NCBI GenBank assembly: GCA_964016885.1
Contig: OZ024741.1
Coordinates: forward strand, 273,234,001-273,298,000
Reading direction: 5' to 3'
Source of the DNA: Eledone cirrhosa
Taxonomy: Eukaryota
Length of the DNA: 64,000 nucleotides
In this document: in pieces, positions 41,990-56,779 of the stretch
Layout: every line of letters begins with the position of its first letter
How positions within the stretch are numbered: the first letter of the stretch is position 1
Notes under the pieces: model-generated
Seen by the model: only the letters and a program-made list of their open reading frames with translations
Databases searched by the model: none
What the model was told of the DNA's origin: nothing
Program-made: the position numbers and the translations under genes

Positions 41990-42657
41990 GGTGTGGGATG
42001 CTTAAAGCGTCCGTAAGCGGTAGACCGTTTGAGCACTCGATGCTCTTACAGAGCAGAGTATAATATCACATAAGAAACGGAGAATCAGTGGTGCTACGAA
42101 TAAGATTTATTTGTATGTCTAATAAATCTTATTCGTAGCACCACTGATTCTCCGTTTCTTATGTGATATATAATGAAGAATCTATCCCAGTACTTGACTG
42201 GTACTTTTCTTTTCGACTTTGAATGGATGAAAGGCAAAGTTGACGTTGATGGGATTTGAATTCCGAAAGCAGAAAGCCGGTACGAATATTGCAAAGTATT
42301 CTAACGTTCTATCGACTCTGTCAATACGTCGCCATGTTGGCTATTATAGCTCTAGGAAAATGTTAAACTAACTTCTTCCTAGATCTGTTGAAGGGCAAGA
42401 AGGGGGAGAGGGAACACTGATCTTTTGTCAATAATTTGGTTGACGTAATTCGCCGCCTTCACTCTAGGTTACATGAACAAAAGCAAGCTAATAATAGATT
42501 ACCACCCGAATTAACATGATGTCTATCAATCATCTAACAAATGTGGTCTGCAGACACGTGTCTGTACACAATATCGATCGATATGATTCTGAATTACCTT
42601 TTAACTGATCAATCAATCAATCAAGTTTCCAATCAACGATGGGCGCAGCAATCACTG

Positions 42658-42912
42658 GGGTGCCACTTTAGAAATTAGACTGTCTAACATGGCATAAGGT
42701 GCCACTTAGACATTAGACTAACATGGCATAAGGTGCCACTTTAGACATTAGACTAACATGGCATAAGGTGCCACTTTAGACATTAGACTAACATGGCATA
42801 AGGTGCCACTTTAGACATTAGACTAACATGGCATAAGGTGCCACTTTAGACATTAGACTAACATGGCATAAGGTGCCACTTTAGACATTAGACTAACATG
42901 GCATAAGGTGCC
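42658..42912. repeat. 35-bp minisatellite, ~7 copies
   Basis: ggtgccactttagacattagactaacatggcataa repeated head-to-tail. Confidence 0.92.
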
Positions 42913-43054
42913 TATTGAGACCTTTGACTTTGTCTGCCATGTAATGTTACTTTAGATGTTAAACTATGTCTATCAGGAATTTTCAGTGGGCCTTAGAAAT
43001 GTTTAGCGGAGACTAATGCAGTCAGTTGTTGGGATGACATTCTATTATGTTGTA

Positions 43055-43647
43055 AATATCTTTAAGTCGTTTGGAAGCCTCGACAATGCAAATGGGTAAA
43101 TCTCCGGGTAACAAGGTCCGGTGGTGGAGAGAGAGATGTAATTGGGTGTACGTTGAGATGCGTGGTGTGTATAAGATGTGTGAGATGTGTAGAATGAGGG
43201 AAGAGTATAAAGGTTAAAATAAAAATAACAACACAAGAGAGAGTTACCTTGGGAGAGATTTAATAGTTCCTATATATTTCGGATTCACATCCATCAACTG
43301 GGGTTTTTTTCCAGGGTGGGGGAAAAGGTTGTCTGTCGGACAAGTCCGGAACGCGTCTTTCGCTGTTTGTTGTTTTGAATATCTGAGGTATTCGGCAGAG
43401 CGCGCGTGCGCGTGAAATGGGGTCGGTCGTACAGAGGTCAGCGGCCGAATGAGGGAGTGGGATGGCGCTAGCTGTCAGTCCATTCTCTGCCTGTTTGTTA
43501 AATGTTACTGTGTGTGTGTGTGTGTGCGCGTGTGTTGTTGTCTCGCTTGAGTGTGTGTGTGTGTTGTTGCCTTGTTCATCTGTATTGGCAGTGTAGTATG
43601 TTCGTATGGTGGAATGCTACTGTGTGTGTGTGTGTAGTTGTCTCGTT

Positions 43648-43678
<31 letters not shown>

Positions 43679-43895
43679 TGTGTGTTGTTGCATCGCTTGT
43701 TAACTTAAACCAGCCATTTCATTTCTCTTCTCTCTGATCGGTTGTTTATTTGCGGTTGCAGTCGTTTGATGAAAAGCGCTTCCTTGATACGTAACGTTCC
43801 GACGTTTCTTTCAGTCTCTAGAATTGTGACAATGGGCCTTCCGTCTTTGTTTCCGCATTTGTCTATGTGTTTCCGGAAAGACGAGGCCCTGGTTT
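43055..43895 (-). mobile_element. 3' end of a second Penelope-like element
   Basis: [10 protein letters not shown]...IVTILETERNVGTLRIKEALFIKRLQPQIN resembles the GIY-YIG C-terminus; decayed HHR-like motif at ~43265-43300; the terminal segment is repeated at 38830-39080. Confidence 0.65.
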
Positions 43896-44064
43896 TAGTG
43901 TGTTTATATATATATGTAAATATGTATGTATACGTACATACATATATGTATACAGACGTACAGTAGTATGTATATATATATATATATATATGTAAGTATG
44001 TATGTATATGTACATACATATATGTATACAGACGTACAGTAGTATGTATATATATATATATATA

Positions 44065-44423
44065 CATGCACCTATCGGTTTACCGTACTAAGAGTGAGAA
44101 ATGAAATTTCGTTTCATTCTATTCCATTTATCGTTTTCGGTGCGCCGGCCGACTGAACTCACTCGATATGCAAATTAGGCTGCTCAGCCGTTAATATGCA
44201 TAAGGAAAGTATATACTTTCAGACGTTCAACCATCTGGCAGGAAGGTATACGATGCTGACGATAGCTCATAAGCTTTAAACTAGTACATCGTTCCTGTGT
44301 CAGTGTTGAACAAAAGGTGACGTGGTTGCCTAAACACTGTACGGCGTAATTCGGGCTGTTTGTTTCTTTACAAACAAACAAACCGAGCATTATAATAAAT
44401 GTTCGGTAAACCGATACGTGCAT
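44065..44423. mobile_element. MITE-like element with ~20-bp TIRs (atgcacstatcggtttaccg)
   Basis: Terminal inverted repeats visible; outer inverted flanks at ~44020 and ~44480; a related end at 12975-13100. Confidence 0.55.
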
Positions 44424-44545
44424 ATATATATGTGTGCATGTATGTATATATATACATACTACTGTACCTCTGTATACATACTTGCATTTAAGTAAGTGCC
44501 GTACTATGAGTAAGAAATGAAATTTCGTTTCATTCTATTCCATTT

Positions 44546-44890
44546 TCATATATATAAAACAGAGAATGTCTGTCTGACTCCCTAAAACTCGAGAACCACC
44601 CAACCGATTGTTTTCAAACTTTACACATGTAATACTTATGGTTCAAAATTTTCAATGTCCTAGGGACGACCGCATTAGGCGATTTAGCGATCCCTCTATA
44701 ATTCTTAGTCTTTCTTTTTAGATAGATACATAGATATAACGTCGCGCCCTTATAATATGTCTAAGTCTGGCTGTCTGCATTACGACATTATGACGCTACA
44801 TGTGTGTGTATATATGTATATATAGTGTGTGTGTGTATATATATATATAGTGTGTAACGTTTTTCGAAATATTTACTTCTGCGTTCAGAT

Positions 44891-44921
<31 letters not shown>

Positions 44922-44983
44922 AGTTTCAGAAGATCCTGTTAAGGGTGAAAGCAGCGATTCTTTGCTTAAACTTTAATCTGTTA

Positions 44984-45029
<46 letters not shown>

Positions 45030-45284
45030 TATATTCGTGTACAGATATTTTTGCATACACAATAACAAAATATAAGCAAACGTATTTATTTCACGATAAA
45101 GTATTGATTTTCTTCGCACGAAAAAAAAACCTGGTAATCTACGACGAATTTTTTTATAAGCACAAAATGTAGACAGCAACCCGAGGCCGAGGTATTCCGT
45201 ACTTCTCTGTACTGTTTCAGAAAGGAGGGATACACATGCCAATCTATGTTTAGAATCTCGAGCAACGCCGGGCCATTCTGCTAG
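44546..45284 (+). mobile_element. Non-autonomous Helitron (same 5' end, different interior)
   Basis: Shared 5' block ccctaaaactcgagaaccacccaaccga; ends gcaacgccgggccattctgCTAG|T. Confidence 0.72.
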
Positions 45285-45302
45285 TGTATATATATATATA
45301 TA

Positions 45303-46665
45303 AACTTTGATAGGTTTCGGCCAGTATTAGCCCAGGCCATGTCTAACTTAATAGCACCACCTGACGAAGTCTTTCAAATCAGGATTTGGACACCATGGCC
45401 TACTCAGGTAGAGAGTTATTGTTTATGGAGACATATCTGGGTGTAGGAGGATTTTCTGGGAGGAATTTGTCCTGACATTTTGAATTTTAAAGTACCTGTT
45501 TCTGTTTTTATGTATTTTGGTGTTATGTTAGAGAGAGCGGGACCAGTTGAGGTGAAATAATTGTGCCGTAATGTTGTTAGATGGGCATTTTTTGTTGTGG
45601 GCGGATAGCACAGGGCCCAAGCGTTAGGTGTGTTTTAAAGATGATGCGAACATCATTTGCGCAATACTGATGGAATATTTTCCACATAATGAAGATAATG
45701 TAGTGCTCATGGCGGCGTTAGAGAGATAGAATAGAGTTTGAGCTTTTCTAGTTGACCCCAGTAGTCAAGGCATGTCATACCATCTATCTTTTTTGTGATT
45801 GACATTTGAGGTGCTTCAATTTTCATAATGCTTTGTTTCATGTGGGGAGACCACAGTGGACAACAGTATTGAAGGTGGAGTCGGGCAAAAGTAGAGAAGA
45901 GAAGGATAATGTTGTGGATATCTCTCGGCTGGAAAGTTATGAAAATCCAGGAACATATCCTGCGGGCCATGTTGCTCATATGAGTGGCTCGGCTTATGTT
46001 ATCATCACTTACTTCCAGGTCTCTGGTGTTGTTGGATGCCACGAGGGTTTCACCTGAGGGAAGAGAATATGATAGTTTCAGTGCATCCTCTTTTCCGAAG
46101 TGGATTAGTTTGACCGCCCATCAGATAACAGCATGTAGATCCAGATGTCCGGTCCCCCACTCAATTGATGACCTTCTAGAGCTTGGAATCATCTTCAAAG
46201 ATACTTATGTTGCTGTGCTTGACGTTCATAATGTCATTGATATAAATAATTGTTTCTACTTTAGGCACAAGACCAGCAATTACCCCAGTGCATTACTGGT
46301 ACTTTATTTTATCGACCCTGTGAGGATGAAAGGCAAAGTTAACCTCGGCGGGATTTGAACTCGGACCGTAAAGGACCATAACTCTGTGCCTCAAAGCATG
46401 TTGTCCGACGCTTACCGATACTGCCAATCCGCCATTGATATAAATAATGAAAAGAAATGGGTTCAACACAGTGCCTTGTTGGACCCCACTACAGATTTGG
46501 TTGGCCTTGATGGTACTCATTCAACTACAGCATGGGCTCTGTTTGTTAGGAAACACTTGATCCATTGCAGTAACTTTTCAGAGACACCAATGATGGATAG
46601 TTTTTTTTCAGTAGGATGACAGGATCAACCTGTCAAAGGCCTTGTTGAAATTAAGGTATATGACA
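45303..46665 (-). mobile_element. Degenerate CR1-clade LINE (RT C-terminal part and 3' end)
   Basis: VIYLNFNKAFD, SGVQQGTVLNPFLFIIYIN and RLHLQYCCPLWSPH..LDYWGQLEKLKLYS motifs. The same 3' end occurs at 3205-3580; another CR1-type 3' fragment at 29045-29290. Confidence 0.85.
46251..46432 (-). mobile_element. tRNA-derived SINE inserted into the CR1 RT with a 16-bp TSD
   Basis: cattgatataaataat is duplicated at 46235-46250 and 46433-46448. Confidence 0.85.
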
Positions 46666-46820
46666 TATATTATATATGTATTAGGGTGATGGATTGGCAG
46701 AATCTGTAGAGGGTCTGACGCTATGCTTTGCAGGAGAGAGTTACGGCTATATATGGTCTGAATTCAAATCCCACCGAGGTTAACTTTGCCTTTCATCCTT
46801 ACGGGGTCGATAAAATGAAG

Positions 46821-47292
46821 TACCAGTAATACACTGGTTAATTGATGGCCTTGTGCCAAAAGTAGAAACAATTATATATATATATATTATATTATATTAT
46901 ACCAGTAATGCACTGGAATAATTGCTGGCCTTGTGCCAAAAGTAGAAACAATTAAATATATATATATTATATTATATTATACCAGTAATGCACTGGAATA
47001 ATTGCTGGCCTTGTGCCAAAAGTAGAAACAATTAAATATATATATATATATATTATATTATATTATACCAGTAATGCACTGATTTAATTGCTGCCCTTGT
47101 GCCAAAAGTAGAAACAATTAAATATATATATATATATATTATATTATATTATACCAGTAATGCACTGATTTAATTGCTGGCCTTGTGCCAAAAGTAGAAA
47201 CAATTAAATATATATATATATATATTATATTATATTATACCAGTAATGCACTGATTTAATTGCTGGCCTTGTGCCAAAAGTAGAAAAAATTA
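46821..47292 (+). repeat. Tandem amplification (6 copies, ~80-87 bp) of a SINE 3' tail
   Basis: accagtaatgcact..ttgctggccttgtgccaaaagtagaaacaatt + (TA)n repeated. Confidence 0.9.
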
Positions 47293-47405
47293 TATTATAT
47301 ATGTATTATATATATGGAATTAGTCATGTGCTGACGAAGCGCTATTTCATGAAATACTTGCCTAATGACCCGCTGACACATATAGACGTTCACCTTACAC
47401 ACACA

Positions 47406-47443
<38 letters not shown>

Positions 47444-48516
47444 TGTGTGTATGTATTAAGTCCTTGTCTTTGAAGGGCTGTAGGACACTAAAAGTGGGTG
47501 CGTGTGTGGGAGGTGTATTACAGGGGGTTGAAGAAACGTCTGACAGTTCTGTGTCACACTCTCCTTTAATGCCGGGAGAGGGTCTGTGGACGTGGGTGGG
47601 ATGGGAGTAGTTATTCATTAAATCGTAATTGGAAGTGAGGAAGTAGAGGCACTTGAAAACTGACCCCCCCCCTCTCTCTCGCTCTCTCTCTCTATCTATA
47701 TATGTATATGTATATGTATATATATATGTATATATATATGTATATGTATATATATATGTATATGTATATATATATGTATATGTATATGTATATATATATG
47801 TATATGTATATGTATATATATATATGTGTATATGTATATGTATATATATATATGTGTATATGTATATGTATATGTATATATATATATGTATATATATATA
47901 TGTATATATGTATATGTATATATGTATATATATATATGTATATGTATATATGTATATGTACATATATATATATGTATATGTATATATATATATGTATATG
48001 TATATATATATATGTATATGTATATATATATATGTATATGTATATATATATATGTATATATGTATATGTATATATATATATGTATATGTATATATATATA
48101 TGTGTATATGTATATATATGTATATATGTATATGTATATATATGTATATATGTATATGTGTATATGTATATATATGTATATATATATATGTGTATATGTA
48201 TATATGTATATATATGTATATGTATATATGTATATGTATATGTATATATATATATATGTATATGTATATATATGTATGTATATGTATATATGTATATGTA
48301 TGTATATGTATATATGTATATATATGTATATATATATATATATGTATGTATATGTATATATATATATATATGTATGTATATGTATATATATGTATATATG
48401 TATATATATGTATATATATATATATATATGTATATATATGTATATATATATATATGTATATATGTATATATATGTATATATATGTATATATAGGTATATA
48501 TATATGTATATATATG

Positions 48517-48547
<31 letters not shown>

Positions 48548-48549
48548 GT

Positions 48550-48581
<32 letters not shown>

Positions 48582-48603
48582 GTATATATGTATATATATA
48601 TGT

Positions 48604-48635
<32 letters not shown>

Positions 48636-48657
48636 GTATATATGTATATATATATGT

Positions 48658-48689
<32 letters not shown>

Positions 48690-49399
48690 GTATATGTATA
48701 TATATATATTTATGTATATATGTATATATATATGTATATATATGTATATATATATATATATATATATGTATATGTATATATATATATATGTATATATATA
48801 TGTATATATATGTATATATATGTATATATATGTATATATATGTATATATATGTAAATATATATATATGTATATATATGTATATATATATATGTATATATA
48901 TGTATATATATGTATATATATATATGTATATATATGTATATATATATGTATATATATATGTATATATATATGTATATATATATGTATATATATGTATATA
49001 TATATGTATATATATGTATATATATATGTATATATATATGTATATATATGTATATATATATGTATATATATATGTATATATATGTATATATATATGTATA
49101 TATATGTATATATATGTGTATATATATGTATATATATGTGTATATATATGTATATATATGTATATATATGTATATATATATGTATATATATGTATATATA
49201 TGTGTATATATATGTATATATATGTGTATATATATGTATATATATGTATATATATGTGTATATATATGTATATATATGTATATATATGTGTATATATATG
49301 TATATATATGTGTATATATATGTATATCTATATATATATATATATACACTATATATATATATATATACACTATATACACTATATATATATATATATATA

Positions 49400-49437
<38 letters not shown>

Positions 49438-49478
49438 TATAATATATATACACTATATATATACACTATATATATATA

Positions 49479-49698
<220 letters not shown>

Positions 49699-49797
49699 TA
49701 TATATATATATATATATACACTATATATATATATATATATATATATACACTATATATATATATATATATATATACACTATATATATATATATATATA

Positions 49798-49878
<81 letters not shown>

Positions 49879-49881
<3 letters not shown>

Positions 49882-50072
49882 AACCAGTAAGACCCCGACA
49901 GCTGAGCTCAAGCCGTTTCGACGGCTAATTCTGGACCAGAATTAGCCGTCGAAACGGCTTGAGCTCAGCTGTCGGGGTCTTACTGGTTCCTATTACCCAC
50001 TCTACTACCTCAAGTATTGAGTACTTTGGTGCGTTATGGTCCACCTGGTTCCTTACCACATTTCCTTCGTTA
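49879..50072. mobile_element. Family B fold-back repeat embedded in the (TA)n-CAC satellite
   Basis: Palindrome centred at ~49934. Further copies or fragments at 18137-18195, 60627-60693, 60797-60935, and a divergent one at ~970-1066. Confidence 0.75.
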
Positions 50073-50094
50073 TATATATATATATATATATATA

Positions 50095-50128
<34 letters not shown>

Positions 50129-50349
50129 TATATATATATATATACACTATATATAAAATTTATATATATATATATATATATACACTATATATATATATAT
50201 ATATATATACACTATATATATATATATATATTATATATATATATATATATATACACTATATATATATATATATATATATACACTATATATATATATATAT
50301 ATATATACACTATATATATATACACTATATATATATATATATATATATA

Positions 50350-50385
<36 letters not shown>

Positions 50386-50411
50386 TATATATATATATAT
50401 ATATATATATA

Positions 50412-50445
<34 letters not shown>

Positions 50446-50606
50446 TATATATATATATATATATATATACACTATATATATATATATATATATATACACT
50501 ATATATATATATATATATATACACTATATATATATATATATATATATACACTATATATATATATATATATATATATACACTATATATATATATATATATA
50601 TATATA

Positions 50607-50664
<58 letters not shown>

Positions 50665-50807
50665 TATATATATATATATATACACTATATATATATATAT
50701 ATATACACTATATATATATATATATATATACACTATATATATATATATATATATATACACTATATATATATATATATATATACACTATATATATATATAT
50801 ATATATA

Positions 50808-50843
<36 letters not shown>

Positions 50844-50922
50844 TATATATATATATATATATATACACTATATATATATATATACTTATATATATACTAT
50901 ATATATATATATATACACTATA

Positions 50923-51002
<80 letters not shown>

Positions 51003-51365
51003 TATATATATATATATATATATACACTATATATATATATATATATATATATACACTATATATATATATATACACTATATATATATATATATATATACAC
51101 TATATATATATATACTATATATATAACTATATATATATATATATATATAACACTATATATATATATATATAAATATATACTATATATAATATATATATAT
51201 ATATAACACATTATATATATATATATATATATATACACTATATATATATATATATATATATATACACAAATATATATATATATATATATATATACACTAT
51301 ATATATATATATATATATACACTATATATATATATATATAAACTATATATATATATATATATATA

Positions 51366-51505
<140 letters not shown>

Positions 51506-51517
51506 TATATATATATA

Positions 51518-51555
<38 letters not shown>

Positions 51556-51626
51556 TATATACTATATATATTATATATATATATATACACTTTATATATA
51601 TATATATAATATATATATATACTATA

Positions 51627-51826
51627 NNNNNNNNNNNNNNNNNNNNNNNNNNNNNNNNNNNNNNNNNNNNNNNNNNNNNNNNNNNNNNNNNNNNNNNNNN
51701 NNNNNNNNNNNNNNNNNNNNNNNNNNNNNNNNNNNNNNNNNNNNNNNNNNNNNNNNNNNNNNNNNNNNNNNNNNNNNNNNNNNNNNNNNNNNNNNNNNNN
51801 NNNNNNNNNNNNNNNNNNNNNNNNNN
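51627..51826. other. Assembly gap (200 N)
   Basis: Run of N; true length unknown. Confidence 0.99.
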
Positions 51827-52277
51827 ATACTATACAACTACTACAACATATGTACTATATCTCTATGTATATGCTAATATATCTATATGTAATAATATAT
51901 ATATTATATATGTATATAGTATAGTATGTACTAAGTATATAATATATAATATGTATATATATATATGTTGTGTATATATACATTTATTATAATATGTGTA
52001 TATATATATATATATATATGTATATTTATATATATGTGTGTGTATATATATTTATATATATATGTATATATATATGTATATTTATATGTGTGTGTGTATA
52101 TATATTTATATATTGTATGTATATATATATATATGTATATTTATATATATGTGCTGTGTATATATATTATATATATGTGTATATATATATGTATATTATA
52201 TGTGTGTGTGTATATATATTATATATGTGTAATATTATATATGTGTATATATATATTATATATATGTATTTATTATA

Positions 52278-52320
<43 letters not shown>

Positions 52321-52437
52321 ATATATATATGTGTGTGTGTATATATATATATATATGTATGTGTATATATATATATGTATGTGTATATATATATATGTAT
52401 GTGTATATATATATATATGTGTGTATATATATATATA

Positions 52438-52480
<43 letters not shown>

Positions 52481-52685
52481 ATATGTGTGTGTATATATAT
52501 GTGTGCGTGTATATAGTGTGTGTGTGTATATATGTGTGTGTGTATGTGTATGTATATATGTGTGTGTGTGTATATATATGTGTGTGTGTATATATGTGTG
52601 TATATATATATGTGTATATATATATATATATGTGTATATATATATATATGTGTATGTGTTATATATATGTGTGTGTGTATATATA

Positions 52686-52718
<33 letters not shown>

Positions 52719-52850
52719 GTTAGTGTATATATATATATGTGTGTATATATATATATATGTGTGTGTGTATATATATATGTGTGTGTATATATATATATGT
52801 GTGTGTATATATATATGTGTGTGTATATATGTATATATATATATACTATA

Positions 52851-52895
<45 letters not shown>

Positions 52896-52913
52896 TGTAT
52901 ATATATATATATA

Positions 52914-53003
<90 letters not shown>

Positions 53004-53043
53004 ATGTGTGTGTGTGTATATATATGTGTGTATATATATATAT

Positions 53044-53078
<35 letters not shown>

Positions 53079-53254
53079 ATATATACGTGTATATATATAT
53101 ATATATGTGTGTGTGTATATATATGTATATGTATATATATATATGTGTGTGTATATATATATATGTATATATATATATGTGTGTGTATATAGATATATAT
53201 ATGTATATATCTATATGTGTGTGTATATTATATGTGTGTGTATATATATGTATA

Positions 53255-53304
<50 letters not shown>

Positions 53305-53372
53305 AAATATACTATATATACACACCCACCCACACATTTCATATATTTTAAATGGATCGTAATATTTTCTAG

Positions 53373-53489
53373 GATCAACGCAATCTCTTTTGGCAAATTT
53401 GAGGCAGAGATGGCACTTAAAGACACAGCCACTGGAACCTACCTTGTGTATAAGGACTATGAATCAAACCACATTTATCTCTCTGTCAG
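53373..53489 (+). CDS. SH2 exon, N-terminal half of the domain ([40 protein letters not shown])
   Basis: Acceptor ttttctag|G, donor CAG|gtaaat, 117 nt, phase 2-2. EAE..L....GTYLV......YLSVR matches SH2 alphaA-betaB-betaC. Confidence 0.88.
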
Positions 53490-53790
53490 GTAAATATCTT
53501 CTGTTATCTACTACCTTGTGTATAAAGACTATGAATTAAATCTCATTTATCTCTCTGTCAGGTAAATATCTTCTGTTATCTGCCTACCCTGTGTATAAAG
53601 ACTATGAATTAAATCTCATTTATCTCTCTGTCAGGTAAATATCTTCTGTTATCTGCCTACCCTGTGTATAAAGACTATGAATTAAATCTCATTTATCTCT
53701 CTGTCAGGTAAATATCTTCTGTTATCTGCCTACCTTGTGTATAAAGACTATAAATTAAATCAGTTTATCTCTCTGTCAGATAAATATCTT
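53439..53790 (+). repeat. 72-73-bp tandem repeat, 5 copies, overlapping the SH2 exon end and its donor
   Basis: Unit ctaccttgtgtataaagactatgaattaaatctcatttatctctctgtcaggtaaatatcttctgttatctgc. Confidence 0.92.
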
Positions 53791-54087
53791 CACAGTTAGC
53801 TACCTTTGTAATGATATGAGCTGGTTAGGGACTTACTCTTTGGCAGCACTGGATTTAATGGTAGTAGGACCAAGGTAGCAATTGCTTGTTAAATTGAACC
53901 AGGACTATACTAGTACTTTATTTTCCGACTCTGGAATGATAGCAGGCACAAGTTGAGATTAGTGAGATTTGAACTGAGAATCGAAAGTGCTGGAACAAAT
54001 ACTGCTAAACATTTGTCCAACACTCTAATGGTTCTGCCAATTCAGTTTCATACTGGCCAAGAGTAATAATGGTTTCTGATATATATT

Positions 54088-54127
<40 letters not shown>

Positions 54128-54727
54128 TATATATATATTGGGATAACAAGTAATAGGTAATCCAGTTAGAGGTTATGAGTACTCTGTATTGTGGATAGTT
54201 TTAACGTACGGCGTTGTTTGACTCAACAAGAGGTATTCCCATGATTTGATTAGAGGTAAACACTGTATTTAAGGTTGAGTGACGCAACTTCGAGTGATTA
54301 GTGGCCTTTAGACTCACCTGATCAATGAAACAGTTGTTAATACTAGAAATAAAACCCCTTGTTGTACAGCCGACCATGTTATTCTTCACTCTTTTCACTA
54401 TATATATCTATAATATTATAAAGCTGAGTGTCATGTGTATTATGTATGTATCCTACACACCTCCCTATTGTTTCTTAGCTTTAACTCTCTCCGTCCGCTC
54501 TCCCCTCTCTCTATAATAGATCATTCCCCCTCTCTATAAATTTAACTGCTTTACTCTCTCTGTCACTCTTTCCTCTCTAATATTATAAAGCTGAGCGTCG
54601 TCTCTCTCTCTCTCTCATCCCTCTTTCACCCTCTCTATAATTTTAACTGCTTTACTCTCTGTCTCTCTTCACACTTTATATGACAACACTCTTTTACTTT
54701 CCGTATCTACCTTCAATATATCAATAT

Positions 54728-55010
54728 ATACCCAGGTTCTGCTGCACGTCGGGCTGAGGGGGCCAAACTCCTCAAATACCGGTTGCTCTCCGACAGGTTT
54801 GCGGTTGTACCCCTGGCAGCGGAGACTTCTGGTGTCCTCGGCCCCAGGGCTACCCCCTTACTCACTACCATAGGCGCTGAGCTGGCTAGCCGCAGGTGCG
54901 AGTTGGACTGTCTTTTCCAGCGCGTCTCCCCTTGCCTTGCTCCGGGGGAAACGCCTTCTCCATTCTGTCCGCCGTGGGCTGTGGGTGGGCCCCATCGCGT
55001 ACCGTTGTAG
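54728..55010 (+). mobile_element. CRE-clade non-LTR retrotransposon C-terminal fragment (restriction-like endonuclease region)
   Basis: PGSAARRAEGAKLLKY...FAVVPLAAETSGVLGP...LFQRVS../.RGNAFSI matches the AA..AE..K..KY / P.A.ET.G..G / LFQR.S...RGNA pattern. Confidence 0.7.
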
Positions 55011-55420
55011 TTGTTTGTATACAGATATTAACTCATCAATCCAATTATTTATATCATATATCAACATAGGGATGAGCGTCGTATGTATGTTTATTTCAAA
55101 AGGATAACCTCCTTCAAATTCGGTCAACACACAAGCAGGTAATACATACATCAAAAGGCAACCCCCTTAGAGAGACAGAGAGTGAAAGAGACAGATTAGG
55201 AAAACTACAAAAACATCTAAATAGAGAGAGAGGAGAGAGAGAGAGAGACAGAGAAAAGAGAAACAGAGGGACGGGCAAGCAGGTAATACATACATCTAAA
55301 ATCATTCGGATACAAATATCATAATACAATGGTTGCAGAACGAAAATACAGACGAAGTATAATAATGTATGTATCCCACACACTTTTTCTGTCGCTGCTC
55401 GCATAAGTCGCACACGCACA

Positions 55421-55522
<102 letters not shown>

Positions 55523-56024
55523 ATTTCGCCAATTGCCGGTAACATCAAAACAAAACGACAGACATGCACACATACACATACACAAACACATATCTATACT
55601 TTATATGTATGTAAGATCATCCCCCCTCTCTATAATTTAACTGCTTTACTCTCTCTGTCCCTCTTCACTCTCTATCTAACAACACTGTTTTAGTTTCCGT
55701 ATCTCCCTTCAATATATACGCACATAGAGAGAGAGAGAGAGAACGAGAAAGAGAAAGAGAGAGATTTAGAGAAAGATTAGGAAAAACTAACACACACACA
55801 CATCTACAGAGAGAGATAGAAAAACAGAGGGAGGGGAAAAAGAGAGAGATAGACCGTTAGACAGAGAGAGATACAATTAAAGTGTTAGTTATTCAGAGAG
55901 AGAGAGAGAGTCGGAAGGGTGTGTGGTATCTTTGCAGTGGAGTGGTGGGGGCAGGCATACCTAGCCGAGCACCAGCCAGACGGGCCACCTTGTATATATA
56001 TATATAGGGAGAGAGAGAGAGAGT

Positions 56025-56565
56025 GGTTGTTGCGTTGGTATGGACATGTGATGCGTATGAAGGATGACAGCTGTATAAAAAGGTGCAGAGCACTAAAAGT
56101 CGATGGAAGCCTTGGAATGGGGGAGACCCAAGAAGACCTGGGATCAGGTGATAGAAGCTGACTTTGCCCAATTGCACCACCTCTCAAAGGCGATGACATA
56201 GGACTGAGTCCTCTGGCGTTACGCATTAATACAGAAGACCCGACTTCGCATAGGTACAAGCCGAAGCTGAAGCATATAGACGGTTTTCCCTCACCCCCTC
56301 CCACTGTAAAGTGGTTATGTAGGTGTCACGACAAAAGCACCCAGTCCACACTGTAAAGTGGTCATGTAGGTACCAACAGTAAAAAAGAACCCAGCACTCA
56401 CAGTAAATGAGGTTGGTGTTAGGAAGGGGCATCCAGCTGTAGAAATCAAGCCAAAATCAGTTCCCGTATGAGCAAGATGCTCACCTGACCTGGCATGGCT
56501 GACAACAGGAAATCCCGTCTAACCCATGCTGGCGTGGAAGAATGGACGTAAAACGATGATGAATG
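56025..56565 (+). mobile_element. RTE-type LINE/SINE fragments of another family
   Basis: LRWYGHVMRMKDDSCIKRCRALKVDG; (GAT)n tail. Related pieces at 61915-62100(-), 62400-62600(+) and 63770-64000(+). Confidence 0.65.
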
Positions 56566-56596
<31 letters not shown>

Positions 56597-56779
56597 ATAT
56601 ATATACACACGCACATACATACATATAAATCAGAATGGATGCAGTAAAAGCCTGTTAGACCATTACTCACCAGATCCGGCTGTTGACATGGCAGGAGCTC
56701 AGCTTTCAGGGTCCCGAATCCTTCATATATACACACAAACATACTCACACTCACACACACACACATATATATATATAGA

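Noticed and set aside
42658-42912. 35-bp repeat array that could be mistaken for CRISPR
   Set aside because: Units are head-to-tail with no unique spacers, there are no cas genes, and the context is eukaryotic.
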